DNA from: Mobula birostris
Taxonomy: Eukaryota
Assembly: GCF_030028105.1 (NCBI RefSeq)
Contig: NC_092395.1
Span: forward strand, 28,302,424-28,366,423
Direction: 5' to 3'
Length of the DNA stretch: 64,000 nucleotides
Of this stretch, positions 1 to 13,499 are shown piece by piece (the stretch's first letter is position 1; the number at the start of each line of letters is the position of its first letter). The notes under the pieces are model-generated. The model did not search any database and had not been told where the DNA came from. It saw nothing but the letters and a program-made list of their open reading frames with translations. The translations under genes were made by a program, and so were the position numbers.

Positions 1-575
1 TTGCATCACAGCCTGGTATGGAAACACCAATGCCATTATACAGAAAAATCTACAAAAAGTAGTGGATACAGCTCAGTCCATCACCGGTAAAGCCTCCCCA
101 CCATTGAATACATCTGCGAGGAAAGCAGCACCCATCAGCAGAGACCCCCACCACCCAGGACATGCTCTCCTCTCACTGCTGCCATCAGGAAGAAAGTACA
201 GGAGCCTCAGGACTCGCACCACCAGGTTCAGGAACAATTAGGAACAGGCTCTTGGACTAATGTGGATAACTTCACCCAGCCCAACATTAAACTGATTCCA
301 CAGCCCATGGACTCACTTTTAAGGAATCCATAACTCTTATTCTCAAAACTTATTGTTCATATATTTATTATTATTACTTTTTTCTTTTCTTTTCGTACTT
401 GCACAGTTTGTTGCCTTTTGCACTCTGGTTGTTTTCCTACTTCGGTCATGTGCAGGTTTTCATTGATTCTCTTCTGCTTCTTTCTACTTACTATGAATGC
501 TGGCAAGAAAATGAATTTCTACGTAGTATATGATGACATATATCTCTACTTTGATAATAAATTTACTTTGAACCT
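1..575 (+). mobile_element. Rex1/Babar-type LINE 3' fragment
   Basis: CITAWYGN...LPSGRKYRSLRTRTTRFRN remnants, as in the other Rex1 copies here, with an AATAAA-containing tail. Confidence 0.7.
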
Positions 576-694
576 TATGACCACAGGAGAGAGCATGCTT
601 AATGTCTTTCTCATCCAAAACACAGTAAGTCCAATGTTAGATGTTCTCTGAACGTCAGGGAGGAAGGGACAAGGAAATGAAGACGAATGACTGT

Positions 695-3070
695 AATAAA
701 CGGAAGCAGAATCAGGCCATTCGGCCCATCAAATCTGCTCCACCATGGCTGATTTATTATCCCTCTCAATCTCACTTTCCTGCCTTCTCCCTGTAAACTT
801 TGATGCCCTGACTAATCAAGAACTCATCAACCTCCACTTTATATATATTCAATACCTTGGCCTCCACAGCCTTCTGTGGCAAAGAATTCCACAGATACAC
901 CACCCTCTGACTAAAGAAGTTCTTTCTCACCTCTGTTCTATTCTGAGGTTGCGCCCCTTGGTCCTAGACTCCCTCACCATGAGAAATATGTCCACTCTGT
1001 CTGGGCTTTTCAATATTCAATACGTTTCAATGAGATTCCCCTTCATTCTTCTAAACTCCAGTGAGTATAGGGCCAGAGCCATCAAGCAGACCTCATACAT
1101 TAATCCTTTCACTCCCAGAATCATTCTCATCAACCTGCTCTGGACCCTCTCCAATGTCAGCACTTCCTAGATGAGGAGCCCAAAACTGCTCACAATTCTC
1201 ACAATAAGTGCTGTCTGACCAGTACCTTATATAGTATCATATCCTTGCTCTTATATTCTAGTCTTCCCGAAATAAACGCTAACATTGCATTTGCCTTCCT
1301 TACAACTGGCTCGACCTGTAAGTTAACCTTTAGGGAATCCTGCACAAGAACTCCCAAGTACCTTTACACCTCTGATTTGTGAATTTTCTTCCCGTTTAGA
1401 GAACAGACACCTTCTACCTAAGTGTGTGACCATACACTTCCCTACACTATATTCCATCTGCCACTTCTTTGTCCATTCTCCCAAACTGTTCAAGTCCTTC
1501 TGCAGACTCACTGCTTCCTCAGTACTACCTGTCCCTTTGCCTATCTTCGTATCATCTGCAAACTTGGCCACAAAGCCATCAATTCTGTTATCCAAATCGT
1601 TGACACATAACATGAAAAGAAGCGGTCCCAACACCGACTCCTGTGGAACACCACGAGTCACCAGCAGCCAACCAGAGTATGCTCCTTTCATTCCCAGTCT
1701 TTTTCTACTGTCAGTCAGACAATCTTCTATCCATGTTACTAGTTTCTGCATAATACCATGAGTTCTTATCTTGTCAGCAGTCTCATGTGCAGCACCTTTT
1801 CAAAGGCCTTCTGAAAATCCAAGTAAACAACATCCACTGACTCTCCTTTGTTTATCCTGATTGTTATTTCCTCAATGAGTTCCAAAATATTTGTCAGGCA
1901 GGATTTCCCCTAAGGAAGACTAGGCTGACTTTCACATACTTTATCACGCACCTCTAAGTATTCCGAAACTTCATCCTTAATAATGGACTCCAACAACTTC
2001 CCAACCATTGATGTCAGGCTAACTGGCTTATAATTTCCTTTCTTCTACCTCCCTCCCTTCTTAAAGAATGGAGTGACATTTGCAGTTTTCCAGTCTTCTG
2101 GAACCACGCCAGGATCTAGTGACACTTGAAGATCATTACTAATGTTCCCACAAGTTACCTCTTTCAGGAGCCTGAGGTGCAGTCCATCTGGTCCAGGTGA
2201 CTTATCGACCTTCAGACTGCTCTGCTGCTCAAGCTCCTTCTCCTTAGTAATAGCAACAACACTCACTTCTGCCCTGACACTCTTGAATTTCTGGCATAGT
2301 GCTGGTGTCTTTCACAGTCAAAACTGATGCAAAATACTTATTAGGTCCATCCACCATTTCTTTGTTCCCAATTGCTACCTTTCCAGCATCATTTTTCAAT
2401 GGTCCAATACCCACTCTCACCTCTCTGTCGCTCTTTATACTCTGTATCTGACAAAAGCTTTTGATATTTTATATTATTAAGTTGCTTACCTTCATATTTC
2501 AACTTTTCTCTCTTTGTAGATTGCCTAGTTGCCTTCAGCTGGATTTTAAAAGCTTTCCAATCCTGGAACTTCGCACTAATTTTTGCTCTATTATATGCCC
2601 TCTCTTTTGTTTTTATGCTGTCTCTGACTTCCCTTGTCAGCCTCATCCTCCCTTCAGAACACTTCTTTCTCTTTGGGATGCATCTACACTGCGCCTTCCG
2701 AATTGTCCCCAGAAGCTCCAGCCATTGCTGTTTTGCCAGCGTCCCTGACAGTGCCCTTTCTATCAATTTTGACTGGCTCCTCTCTCATGCCTCTGTAATT
2801 CCCTCTATTCCACTGTAATACTGATGCATTCAATCCTGTCTTCTCCCTCAAACTTCAGGGGGAATTCTATCATATTATGGTCATTGACTCCTCAGGGTTC
2901 CTTTACCTTAAGCTCCTAATCAGATCTGGCTCATTACACAACACCCAATGCAGAATTGCTTTTTCCCTAGTGATTTCAACCTCAGGCTGCTTTAAAAAAA
3001 CCATCTCATAGGCATTCTACAAATTCCCTCTCTTGGAATCCAGCACTACCTTGATTTTCCCAATCTACCT
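695..3070 (-). mobile_element. Decayed CR1 LINE ORF2 and 3' end
   Basis: Minus-strand fragments KSPGPDG, DWKTANVTPFFKKG, GVPQESVLGPLLF, KFADDTK, interrupted by frameshifts. Confidence 0.9.
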
Positions 3071-3074
3071 CCAC

Positions 3075-3765
3075 AGGCATCACCATCACGGAATCCCCTA
3101 CTATCAGCATCCTGGGGGTTACCATTGACAGGAAACTGAATTGATCTAGCCATATAAACACCGTGGCTACCAGAGCAGGTCAAAGGCTGGGAATCCTGCA
3201 GTGTGTAACTCACCTCCTGACTCCCCAAAGCCTGTCCACCATCTACAAGGCTCAAGTCAGGAATACTCACCACTCGCCTGGATGAGTGCAGCTCCATCAA
3301 CATTCAAGAAGCTTGACACTGTCCAGTACAAGGCAGCCCACTTGATTGGTACCCCTTCCACAACTATCCAATCCCTTCACCATTGACAAACAGTTGCACA
3401 GTGTGTACTATCTACAAGGTGCACTGCAACAACACACCAAAGTTGCTACGGCAGCACCGTCCAGACCCACAGCCACTACCATCTAGAAGGACGAGAACAG
3501 CAGATACCTGGGAACACCACCACTTGGAAACCCCCCTGCAAGTCACTCACCATCCTGACTTGGAAATATATCACCGTTCCTTCATTGTCGCTAGGTCAAA
3601 ATGATGGAATTCTCCCCCTAACAGCACTGTGGGTGTACCTACACCTCAGGGACTGCAGCGGTTCAAGAAGGCAGATCATCACCACCTTCTCAAGGGCAAC
3701 TAGGGATGGGCAATAAATGCTGGCTTAGCTGGCGATGCCCACATCCCGCAAATGAATAAATAAAA
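3075..3765 (+). mobile_element. LINE (CR1/L2 group) 3' fragment
   Basis: RT C-terminal remnants (ILGVTIDRKL, TIYKAQVR, EYSPLAW) and an (AATA)n tail at about 3754. Confidence 0.65.
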
Positions 3766-3809
3766 AATAATTAAATCCCCCATGACAACTGTAACATTGT
3801 CCTTATTAC

Positions 3810-4430
3810 ATAGAATCTTAGAGTCATACAAAACTACAGCTCGGAAGCAGGCCCTCAGGCCCTTCAGCGCATCCAGTCTGTGCTGAACCATCTCAACTGG
3901 CTACTCACATTGAGCTGCATCCGAACCATAGCCCTCCATACCCCTACCATCCATGTACAGTACCTATCCGAACCACTCTTAACCGTTGAATCGAGCTTGC
4001 ACTGGCAGCTCATTCCACACTGTCATGACCCTCTGAGTGAAGAATTTTCCCCTCATGTTCCCCTTAAACCTTTCACCTTTTACCCTTAACCCATGACCTC
4101 TCGTTGTAGTCCCACTCAACCTCAGTGGAGAAAAGCCTGTTTGCATTTACCCTATCTATACCCTTCATAATTTTGCATACCCCTATCAAATCTCCCCTCA
4201 GTTTTCTATGTTCTAAGGAATAAAGTCCTAACCTATTCAATCTTTCCCCATAACTCAGGTCCTCCAGCATCGACATCATCCTTGTAAGTTTTCTCTGTAT
4301 GTTTTCAACCTTATTTACATCTTTCCTTTAGGTAGGTGACCAAAACATCTCAAGATACTCCAAATTAGGCCTCACCAACATTTTCTACAACTTCAATGTA
4401 ACATCTCATCTCCTGTACTCAATACTGTCA
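3810..4430 (-). mobile_element. CR1 3' fragment
   Basis: YGERLNRLGLYSLEHRKLRGDLI on the minus strand, with a catagaa-type tail. Confidence 0.85.
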
Positions 4431-4669
4431 GGTACCCTGAAATCCCACAACTCAGAGGAGGAGCAGTCCACTCACTGAATTACACTTGATTTACCTCTAA
4501 CTTCTCAAGCTAGAGTTCTAGCCTGCGCCTGTTCTCGCCAAAACCTGTTGAGCCAAAGACTGACCACCTTAACACTGGCCCGCTCCAACAATGGCCACTC
4601 CCACAGTGGTCACTTCATTTACACCTTGTTTCTTTTTATTGGCTCCTGCTGGGTACCTAAAAAATCTTG

Positions 4670-4850
4670 ACGATTGCAGCCCACCAAAAAGTTCTAAATG
4701 GCCCTGAGCTCTTTTTAAACCTTGTGTTGCCTCATCAACAAATGACTCTCGCGATGATTGCAGTCTGTCAGAAAGTTCTGAAAGGCTCCGAGCTCTTTTA
4801 AAACCTTGTGCCCCCTCACCAACGAAGGACTGTCATGATGGTTGCAGCCC
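4670..4850. repeat. Diverged 84-bp tandem repeat (about 2.2 units)
   Basis: gattgcag/ggttgcag anchors at 4672, 4756 and 4840, with shared aaagttct...gagctctttt.aaaccttgtg blocks. Confidence 0.75.
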
Positions 4851-5146
4851 GCTGAAATGAAGGAAGAGTGAGAAGACTGAGGAAATGGAATGGAAAGGGG
4901 ATGCAGTCAGGTTGGGTGTGAAAGAGCTGATAAAGACTTGGCTTGCAGTGGAACAGCCTGGTTTTGTTTGACAGACGGAAGCAGAAATGGTACGATTACA
5001 GTTCCCCATCATCCTGCTACCCCCACAAGGGTTTACCACTTAAGTGTGTCTCTGTGTGTGCATGTGTGAGTGCATTTACACAGATGGGATCTGTGCAGGC
5101 ATGTGTGCATGAATACAGACACGAGATTCTGCAGGTGCTGGAGCTC

Positions 5147-5377
5147 CACACAAAATGCTGGAGGAACTCAGCAGGCCAGGCAGCGTCTGTGGAAATGGGT
5201 AAACAGTCAACGTTTTGGGCTGAAACCCTTCTTCAGGACCGGAAAGGAAGTCAGTTTTACTCTGACTTATCCGCTTTCTTTCCAGTCCTGATGAAGGGTC
5301 TCAGCCTAAAACATTGACTGTTTACTGATTTCCATAGATGTTGCCTGGCCTGCTGAGTTCCTCCAGCATTTTGTGTG
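5147..5377. mobile_element. Penelope-terminus-derived palindromic element (about 95-bp inverted arms)
   Basis: cacacaaaatgctggaggaactcagcaggccaggc... is mirrored by ...gcctggcctgctgagttcctccagcattttgtgtg. The same sequence ends the Penelope copy at about 21790-21930. Confidence 0.8.
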
Positions 5378-5446
5378 CGTCACTGTACATGTGTGTATGA
5401 ATGCAGATGTACATATAGTGCATGTGTATGAGGATGTGCGTGGCCA

Positions 5447-5601
5447 NNNNNNNNNNNNNNNNNNNNNNNNNNNNNNNNNNNNNNNNNNNNNNNNNNNNNN
5501 NNNNNNNNNNNNNNNNNNNNNNNNNNNNNNNNNNNNNNNNNNNNNNNNNNNNNNNNNNNNNNNNNNNNNNNNNNNNNNNNNNNNNNNNNNNNNNNNNNNN
5601 N
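5447..5601. other. Assembly gap (155 N)
   Basis: Run of N. Confidence 1.
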
Positions 5602-6199
5602 CCTAGTTCTGAGCTACTAGAACTCTCCTGGTCCAGTTAACATTGTTGCAGAGACGAGTCCATCTGCACTAAGAATGACCAATGCCACTGCAGCTGTGAT
5701 GGACAGATTATCACCAATGCTACTGCTGCAGTCATGGACAGATTGGTGGTAGGCTCGTGAGACAAGGGAGATGGCTTATCCCACAAGATGGTTTGTTCAT
5801 TTCCTGCCACAAGTACAGTCCTGGTCCAGCAGCTATCTCCCTCAGGACCAAGGTAGAGGACATTGAAGCCTCGACCCAGCGTGCACTCTGTGCCTTCGCA
5901 GCTTTCAGTGTTTGTTCTCTGTTTGATCAACTTTAAGGGGCACTGATTCGGACTCAGGTTAGTTCATTGTCACTAACACCAGGATGTAATGAAATTTCTT
6001 GTTCGTGTCAAACTCAGAGTAAACAACGTACATGGTAATAATCAACACAACGATCAATACGGCAATGAGCACAGAGCAGCAGAGTGGTGCAACAGTTATG
6101 GTGCAATCTGAAACAGTGCAGAAAGAAATACTAAACTGGCAATAATGGAATGACCACGAGAGGTAGAATCTGAGAACGTGGCAGCTCCACTGCAACGGG

Positions 6200-6720
6200 G
6201 ATGTTAAAGAGGCAATCGGTTCAGAAGTCAGATAGTAGTGGGGAAGTAACTGTTCTTGACTCTGGTTGCCCAGGCTTTCAAGCTCCTGTATCTTTTCTCA
6301 GAAGATAGGAGAGAGAAAATGGGATGGCCGGAGTTGCAGGCGTCCTTGATGATTCGACTGAGATTTCTGAAGCAATGCTTTCGAAGGAAGCGACAGGCCT
6401 CCAGTGGAGTGGGCTGTGTTTACCACTCTCTTCAGGTTCCGTCGGGGCCAGAAGAGAGCAGCTACTGTACCAGGCTGAGATGTAAGCCATCAGAATACTT
6501 CCCATAGAATATCTGCAGACGTTCAAGAAAATCTGTAGGTGTTCAGGAGAGTCCTTTCAGACACCCAAGAAAGTTGATGAGCTGGTGCACCTTCTTAGTG
6601 ACTGCATTGGTATGGAAGAAGCAGAGACCCAGGTGAGGTTGCTGTGATATGGATGCCAAGGAACTTTAAGCTGTCCACACCTCTACAGCGAATCCTTTGA
6701 CAAGGACAAGATTGTGTTCG
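6200..6720 (-). mobile_element. Old Rex1-type LINE 3' fragment
   Basis: VDSLKFLGIHI and SILMAYISAWYSSC remnants on the minus strand. Confidence 0.6.
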
Positions 6721-6732
6721 ACCTTCACCCTT

Positions 6733-6733
<1 letters not shown>

Positions 6734-6790
<57 letters not shown>
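6734..6790. repeat. (CA)n microsatellite
   Basis: About 28 perfect CA units. Confidence 0.99.
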
Positions 6791-6794
<4 letters not shown>

Positions 6795-7099
6795 ACGCCT
6801 TAGTGTGGGGATCAAAAGGAGGCTTCCTTTTCCATGTTTGACCTGTTGCCAAGAGTCTTTGAGTTGTCCAGTATCAGTGTTGAGGCTCAAAGGATTACTC
6901 CTTCTGACCTGTATGCACAGTTTTGCCCCCTGTGGGTAGATCCTGGCAATCACACAAGGCAAGCAGCACGCAGGAACTGCGAGAGTCCCTGGCTCATTGT
7001 GTATAAGGGGTGATTGTGTGATTATGACTTTGTAAGTCTGATCATTGGCTGTACCCCTACTCCCCGAGTATAGGCAGAGACTGAAGACTGCAGCACCAG

Positions 7100-9170
7100 T
7101 AGTGAAGACCAAGAAGGTATAGACCAGGGAAGCCTTACAGGACTGCTTTGATTCAGGGAGTCATCTTTGAGTCTGGATGAGTATGCCACAGTTGATACTG
7201 ATTTCATTAAAACCTGTGTGGATGCATGTGTACCTGCGAAAACCCACTGTATGTTCCCAACACAAAAGCCATGGACGAACCAAGAGTTTTATAGCCTGCT
7301 GAGGGCTAGATCTGTGGCTGTTAAGTCTGGTGACACAGGCCTGTATAAGAAAACCAGGAATGACTTGCAGAGGGCTATTTCAAGAGCCAAGAAACAACTC
7401 CAAGCGAGGTTGTGGGTGAGGTTGGACGCATGTCAACTCTGACAGGGTTTGCAGGCCATTACTTCTTATAGAGCAAAACCCAACATCATGAATTGCAGTG
7501 ATACCTCACTCCCAGATGAGCTCGATGCCTTTTATGCTCGCTTTGAAAGGGAGAATAAAACTACAGATATGAGGATCCCTGCAGTACCCAGTGACCCTGT
7601 GATCTCTGCCTCAGAGGCCGATGTCAGTCTGTCTTTCAGGACGGTGAACCCTTGCAAGGCAGCAGGGCCCGATGGAGTACCTGGTAAGGCTCTGAAAACC
7701 TGTGCTAGCCAATAGGCAGGGGTGTTCTAGGATATTTTCAATCTCTCATTGCCACGGTCGAAAGTTCCCAGTTGCTACAAAAGGACAACAATTACACCAG
7801 TGCCCAAGATGAGCCGTGAGAGCTGCCTTAATGACTATGGTCCAGTAGCACTCACGTCTACGGTGATGAAATGCATCGAGAGATTGGTCATGGCTAGGAT
7901 CAACACCTGTCTAAGCAAGGACATGGACCCACTGCAACTTGCCTACTGCCACAATAGGCCTACAGCAGACGCGATCTCAATGGCTTTGCACGAGGATCAT
8001 CTGGACAATGCAAATACGTATGTTGGAATGCTGTTTATTGACTACAGCTCAGCATTTAACACCATCATTCCTATCATCCTTATCAAAGAAACTACAGAAC
8101 CTGGGCCTCTGTACCTCCCTCTGCAACTGGATCCTTGACTTCCCAACCAGAAGACCACAATCTGTGTATGGGATATAACATCTCCACCTCTCCGACAATC
8201 GACACTGTCACACTACAGGGATGTGAGCTTAGCCCACTGCTCTATTCTCTCTATCCCCACGACTTTGTGGCTAGGCATAGCTCAAATACCATCTATAAAT
8301 TTGCTGATTATGCAGCCACTGTTGGCAGAATGTCAGATGGTGCATTAAGGGCGTACAGGAGCAAGATATATCAGTTATTTGAGTGGTATCGCAGTAACAA
8401 CCTTGCACTCAACGTCAGCAAGACCGAAGAGCTGATTGTGGATTCAGAAACACGAACCAATCCTCATAGAGGGATCAGAAATGGAGAGAGTGAGCAGTTT
8501 CAAGTTCCTGGGTGTCAATATATCTGAGGATCTAACCTGGTCCCAACATATTGATGCGGTTATAAAGAAGGCAAGACAGCAGCTATTTTCAGTTGAAGTT
8601 CAAGGAGATTTGGTTTGTCAACTAAAACACTCAAAAACTTCTACAAATGTACCGTGGAAAGCATTCTGATTGGCTGTATCACCGTCTGGTATGTTGGGGG
8701 GGGGGGCTACTGCACAAGATTGAGGTAAGTTGCAGAAACTCGTAAAATTAGTCAGCTCCATCATAGGTACTAGCCTCCATAGTATCCAAGGCATCTTCAA
8801 GGAGGCAGGCGGCATCCACCATTAAGGATCCCCATTACCCAGGGCATGCTCTCTTCTCATTGTTACCTTCAGGTAGGAGGTTCAGAAGCCTGGAGGCACA
8901 CACTCAGCAATTTAGGAACAGCTTCTTGCCCTCTGCCATTCGATTTCTAAATGGACATTGAACCCATGTAGACTGCCTCACTACCTTTTTTTAATTTCTG
9001 TATTTTTTTTCCACTACTTACTTTAACTCAACTATATAAGAGATCGTAATTCAGTTTTTTTTCTCTATTTGATTACCGTATATTCATCGTGTATTTCATT
9101 GTACTGCTGCCACGAAGTTAACAAATTTCACAACACATGCCAAGGAAGTTAAACCTGATTCTGGTTCTTT
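7100..9170 (+). mobile_element. Rex1/Babar LINE, 5'-truncated, decayed RT
   Basis: [64 protein letters not shown] in shifting frames, with a ctgattctg tail. Confidence 0.9.
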
Positions 9171-10443
9171 TTGAACTGTCGGTAGACAGTTCTCCCAATG
9201 TAGACACAAGTTCCCAGATCTTTGAAAGGCAGAGTTACTGACAACTCGCTGTGGGGAAACATCCCAAACTGTTTCACAAGTGAGATTATGAAACAGTGCT
9301 TGATGGAAGCCAAACTCGAATCTGAGTGGGGAAGGTTTTAGGATGTTTCCTAAAGCACAGATAATTGCAGAGGTTTAGGGAGGGACGTCAAGAGTTAAAG
9401 AATAGTGTAGTGATTAAAGTCTGGGATGATGAAAAGTCAGTGAAAGCCAGAGGGTTCAGAGACGAGGGAGTTAATTCTTTCCCCCCCGGATCATTTTTCT
9501 TTGGGCTTGGCTGGGAGCCAAGGAAAGACCCCAGGGAAAGACTAATGCCTGACCACATATTTAGGGAGCAGTCACCACCCAATCCCCCAGCAAGGTTTAG
9601 CAGAAGAGATGAGAAAACTAGATAGAAAACAATTGGAGATAAAGCGAACTTATATTTCTCATTTTGACCCACTTTAAAAAATTTGCATCTGCTTCAGTCT
9701 CAGACTTGGGCAGATGACTCACTGGGGACATGAAATGACACATCCCATGGCCCAGTGGGAAGCACTATCACATCAGAACCAAGGCTAGAGCACGAAGTGC
9801 AGGCTGAAGACCACCCCCAGTACATTGCTGAGGAGTACTGCTTTGTAAGAGACAACGTTCTTCCACAGGCAGATTAAGAGAGTGAGCTGTCCAACCAGTA
9901 CGTGCTCAACATTATCAGGTTACAGGGTTATACAGTAATGCCAACAGCAATGTAGCCCAATGTCATAAATTTTCCCCTGTAGTAACGTGTCCCAGTGTCA
10001 TAGGGTCAGGCTGGTATTTTGTGTAGTGTTATACCGACCAGTACCTGTAGTTGTACAACACTCTAGTCATCGAGTGAAAGGCCAGTGACCATAAACACTA
10101 TGTTATATGTTATTAAGTGTAGAACTTGTCTCACCAGTATTATCCAATGTGGCAGATCTGCGTCCATCAGTACAATGTCACAATACCGGATGGTGATGGC
10201 CCTGAACCATCAGGATTGTAACCCAGTTTTACACCATATACCTACTAGCACATTATCATGCAGTGAAAGATCTGACGCAACTTTGCTGTACCCAAGTTTT
10301 ATAAAGTCATTGACTAGTTTCCAACTGCTATACAGTTATGTACTATCTCAGCCAGTACTGCCGCCGAGAATTCTGAAATATCCATCCTGACCTTTGGAGT
10401 ACTGTAACACAATATCATACCATGGCAGACCTGCCCCAGCAGA

Positions 10444-10929
10444 TATGTGCTGGTTGTCCTTTGTGTCCAACGATGACTGGAGACCTCTGTGGGAGAGTTT
10501 TTAAACTGGAAATGCCGTTGCACTGGGACAGTTCCACTCTCTTGTCCTCGGAAGTCCGAGTCCAGCGGTATGAACAAGCGTCACAAACTGGGGCCTTCCT
10601 CAGTTACAGTGGATGACCGTGATGTCTTCTGTGCCTTGTCATCCCCTTCACTCAGAGCTTCGGACCTCACTGTATTTCTCAACTGCCCAGTCCGCCAGAG
10701 TTGGCTCCACATGCTCGAACAGGCATGTCCCCGTATCTCCGCGGTATGAGGCACCTGGCAACTCCCACTTGATGGACATCCCCTGGCCAAGCGGTGTGCC
10801 GGGGTGTGGCCGCTGTCACACGCAAACAGCTACTTGGAGCCACAGGTGAGAGCTGAGGGTCCAGTGGGGACCAAATGAGAGTGAACCTCCTCAGAATGGA
10901 CATGTCCAGCAGAGGTGCCACCCCATACA
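10444..10929 (-). mobile_element. Non-coding interspersed element (probably RTE-derived) with a 10-bp target-site duplication
   Basis: GC-richer block flanked by CCCCAGCAGA at 10434-10443 and 10930-10939, inside the satellite. Confidence 0.55.
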
Positions 10930-11744
10930 CCCCAGCAGAAACGTATGCCATTGCTATACAGGGATACGTGAACACACCACTACCGTGCCTCAAACCTATA
11001 CATTGTTAGACCTTTATCCATCAGAACAATACACTGTGACACTCAACATTCATGTTATAATGTCACGAGCCTGAACTTACCAATACTGAGTAACACACGC
11101 AAAACACTGGAGCAACTCAGCAGTCAGACAGCATCTATGGGTGGGGGGGAGTTGCTGTTTTGGGCTGAGACCCTTCATTACTGACTAGAAAGGAAGGGGG
11201 CAGGAAACAGAATAAGAAGGCCTGGTAGGGGCGGGTGACAGGTGTGACCAGGTGAGGGGGAAGGTAGTTGGGTTTCTGACCCCAGAATTACAGCGTGTTA
11301 CAGTGGCAGACCTATCTCCACTAGACTTGTATACCTGTGCTAAGTACTGTACCCCGATTTTATATAGTGACAGATCTGCTTCCGCCAGTACGGCACACCA
11401 GTGCCTTAAGGTAACCAACCTGGGCTTTATGGTGACAGGTTTGATCCTACCAGTGTGAGGTCTGTACTCACTACTAGTATATCGCAGTGTTATATAGCGA
11501 TAGGCTTTACCAATACCTCGGAATCATAGTGCTAGGCTTAAAACTATCAGTACCATACCTCAAGGGTATACAATATAGGCTTATCACTATGCCTGTATTG
11601 TACAGTATAATATCTGTACTCCAATATTATAAAGTAACAGACATGCCCCTCCAGTACTGTACCTCAGCATGAGACTGTGACAGAGTAATATCCTCAGTTT
11701 TGTGCCTGTCTGTACCAAAGTGACAGTCTTGTAACCCATCAGTT

Positions 11745-12110
11745 TTGTTAGTTCCTGCCTGCAATGCCTCAGGCGTTTAGGGCAGCAGTGAAGGTCCCCC
11801 ATCTCCCCTTGTCCAAGGATCTTCACTGCTGTTTTTGACCAGTCAAGGTTGTTAGTTCTGAGCTGAACCCCCGAACCTGGTGGACCACTCTTCGTCTGGC
11901 CTTTACCGTTTGAGCTGTTTGGCATGGGTAATGGGTGAGCCTACCAAGAGTCAAGCACAAGGCCCTGACTCCAGCCAACATAGCTCTCTGGGCTATTGAG
12001 GCACGCAAGCCTCCAAACCCTACGATGAGGTTGTGGTCCTCTTGGAGAATCTGCTTTGTACTCCAGAGTTGTACAATTTGCTCGCCAATATTCTCTGGCC
12101 ACGTTACACA
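11745..12110 (-). mobile_element. RTE (BovB/Expander-like) 5'UTR-derived non-autonomous element
   Basis: Minus strand reads ...ggaggcttgcgtgcctcaat...gagagctatgttggc...ggtaggctcaccc...caggttcgggggtt...ctaacaacc, which I recognise as typical RTE 5'UTR motifs. Confidence 0.6.
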
Positions 12111-12559
12111 TGACAGACCTATCGGCACCACTTCTGTGCCCCAGGATTATACAGTGACAGACCTGTAACACCAGCATTTTACCTGAGTGCTAGACCTTCA
12201 CTATCAATATGGAACCCAATGTTTCACAGGGACAGATCTTCACCCACCAGTGCCATACCGCAGTGTTATATAGGAACAGGCCAATTCCACCAGTATTGTG
12301 CCCTAATACCATATAGCTTTGGACCTGTACCATCAGTAACGAACACCAGTGTAATATAGTGACAGTCCCACTGGTATTGTACTCAACTGGTGTACAGTGA
12401 CATGCCTTTAGCCAGCAGTACCCATTCCAGTGTTATACAATGACAGCTTGATCCTACTGGTACTGTAACCCAAATAGTGATAGACTGTCTCCTCCAGCAT
12501 TGTATCCCAGTGTTATTCAGAAGCAGACCTCTTCCCAGGAATGTGGTTCCCAGGAATGA

Positions 12560-13200
12560 GGGAGGAGAAGATGGCGGCGCGACGCAACGTGCGCAGCCGT
12601 TCTGAATGAATATTGTATGTGTAACTGGGAGGCCAAGCACAATCCGGATTTGATGGAGACAGCCGTGAGAAGCACGGAGGAACACCTGGAATAACTTTTG
12701 AATTGCCTGCTTCGCTACCGCTGCTACTGTGCGATCGAGAATCTCCGGAGACGAAGGCCCCAAATCCTCGGCTTTTCCCATTGCCTGTTGCCGGGGCTGG
12801 GTTGAAGCGCTCGGCAGAGATGGTGCTCGGTGCTCGGTGTCAGAGGGCTGGTCGGAGGCTCGGAGTTTTCAGACGGACTCAGAGTCGGACTGTGATCGGA
12901 TGCTTCCAGGATGCTGCATCGGCAAGTTGGCGGCGCTGGAGGTTCACCGTCTGCGTGAGATGATGGGACTTTCGAGAGACTTTGAGATTTTACCGTGCCA
13001 TGGTCTGTTCTTATCAAATTACGGTATTGCTTTGCTTTGTTGTAACTATATGTTATAATTATGTGGATTTTGTTAGTTTTTAAGTCGGTTTGTCATGTGT
13101 TTCCGTGATATCATTCTGGAAAAACATTGTATCATTTCTTAATGCATGCATTACTAAGTGACAATAAAAGGGGACTGTGTGTCCTCATAATCATAATCAT
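12560..13200 (+). mobile_element. Young GC-rich SINE-like element with a LINE-type 3' tail
   Basis: Starts AAGATGGCGGC, has a CpG-rich body, and ends gacaataaa...(cataat)n. Confidence 0.6.
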
Positions 13201-13499
13201 CACAGTATGATAAGTGGCAGACCGCTCCTTCCCAAAATTGCACACCGGTTTTACGAAGCGCCACACTTGACCCTATGGTTATACAGTGCTAACCTGGCTG
13301 TGGAACATTGTTTTACAGGGATTAGTCATTTCCCAACAGTATTGAGCTCACTGCTATATAACATCATACTACACTTATTGTCATATGGTGACAGAACCTT
13401 ACCCTTCAGAACTACACTCCCGCACCGAAGAGTCAGATCAGCAGCCACTAGTCAGACAGCATCCATGGACAGGAACAAAGTTGTAGTGGTTCCACTGGA

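Noticed and set aside
6797-6908. Possible minus-strand exon (cag|...|gtaagg) reading VRRSNPLSLNTDTGQLKDSWQQVKHGKGSLLLIPTLR
   Set aside because: Weak polypyrimidine tract, no recognisable homology, no partner exons found, and it sits between repeats.
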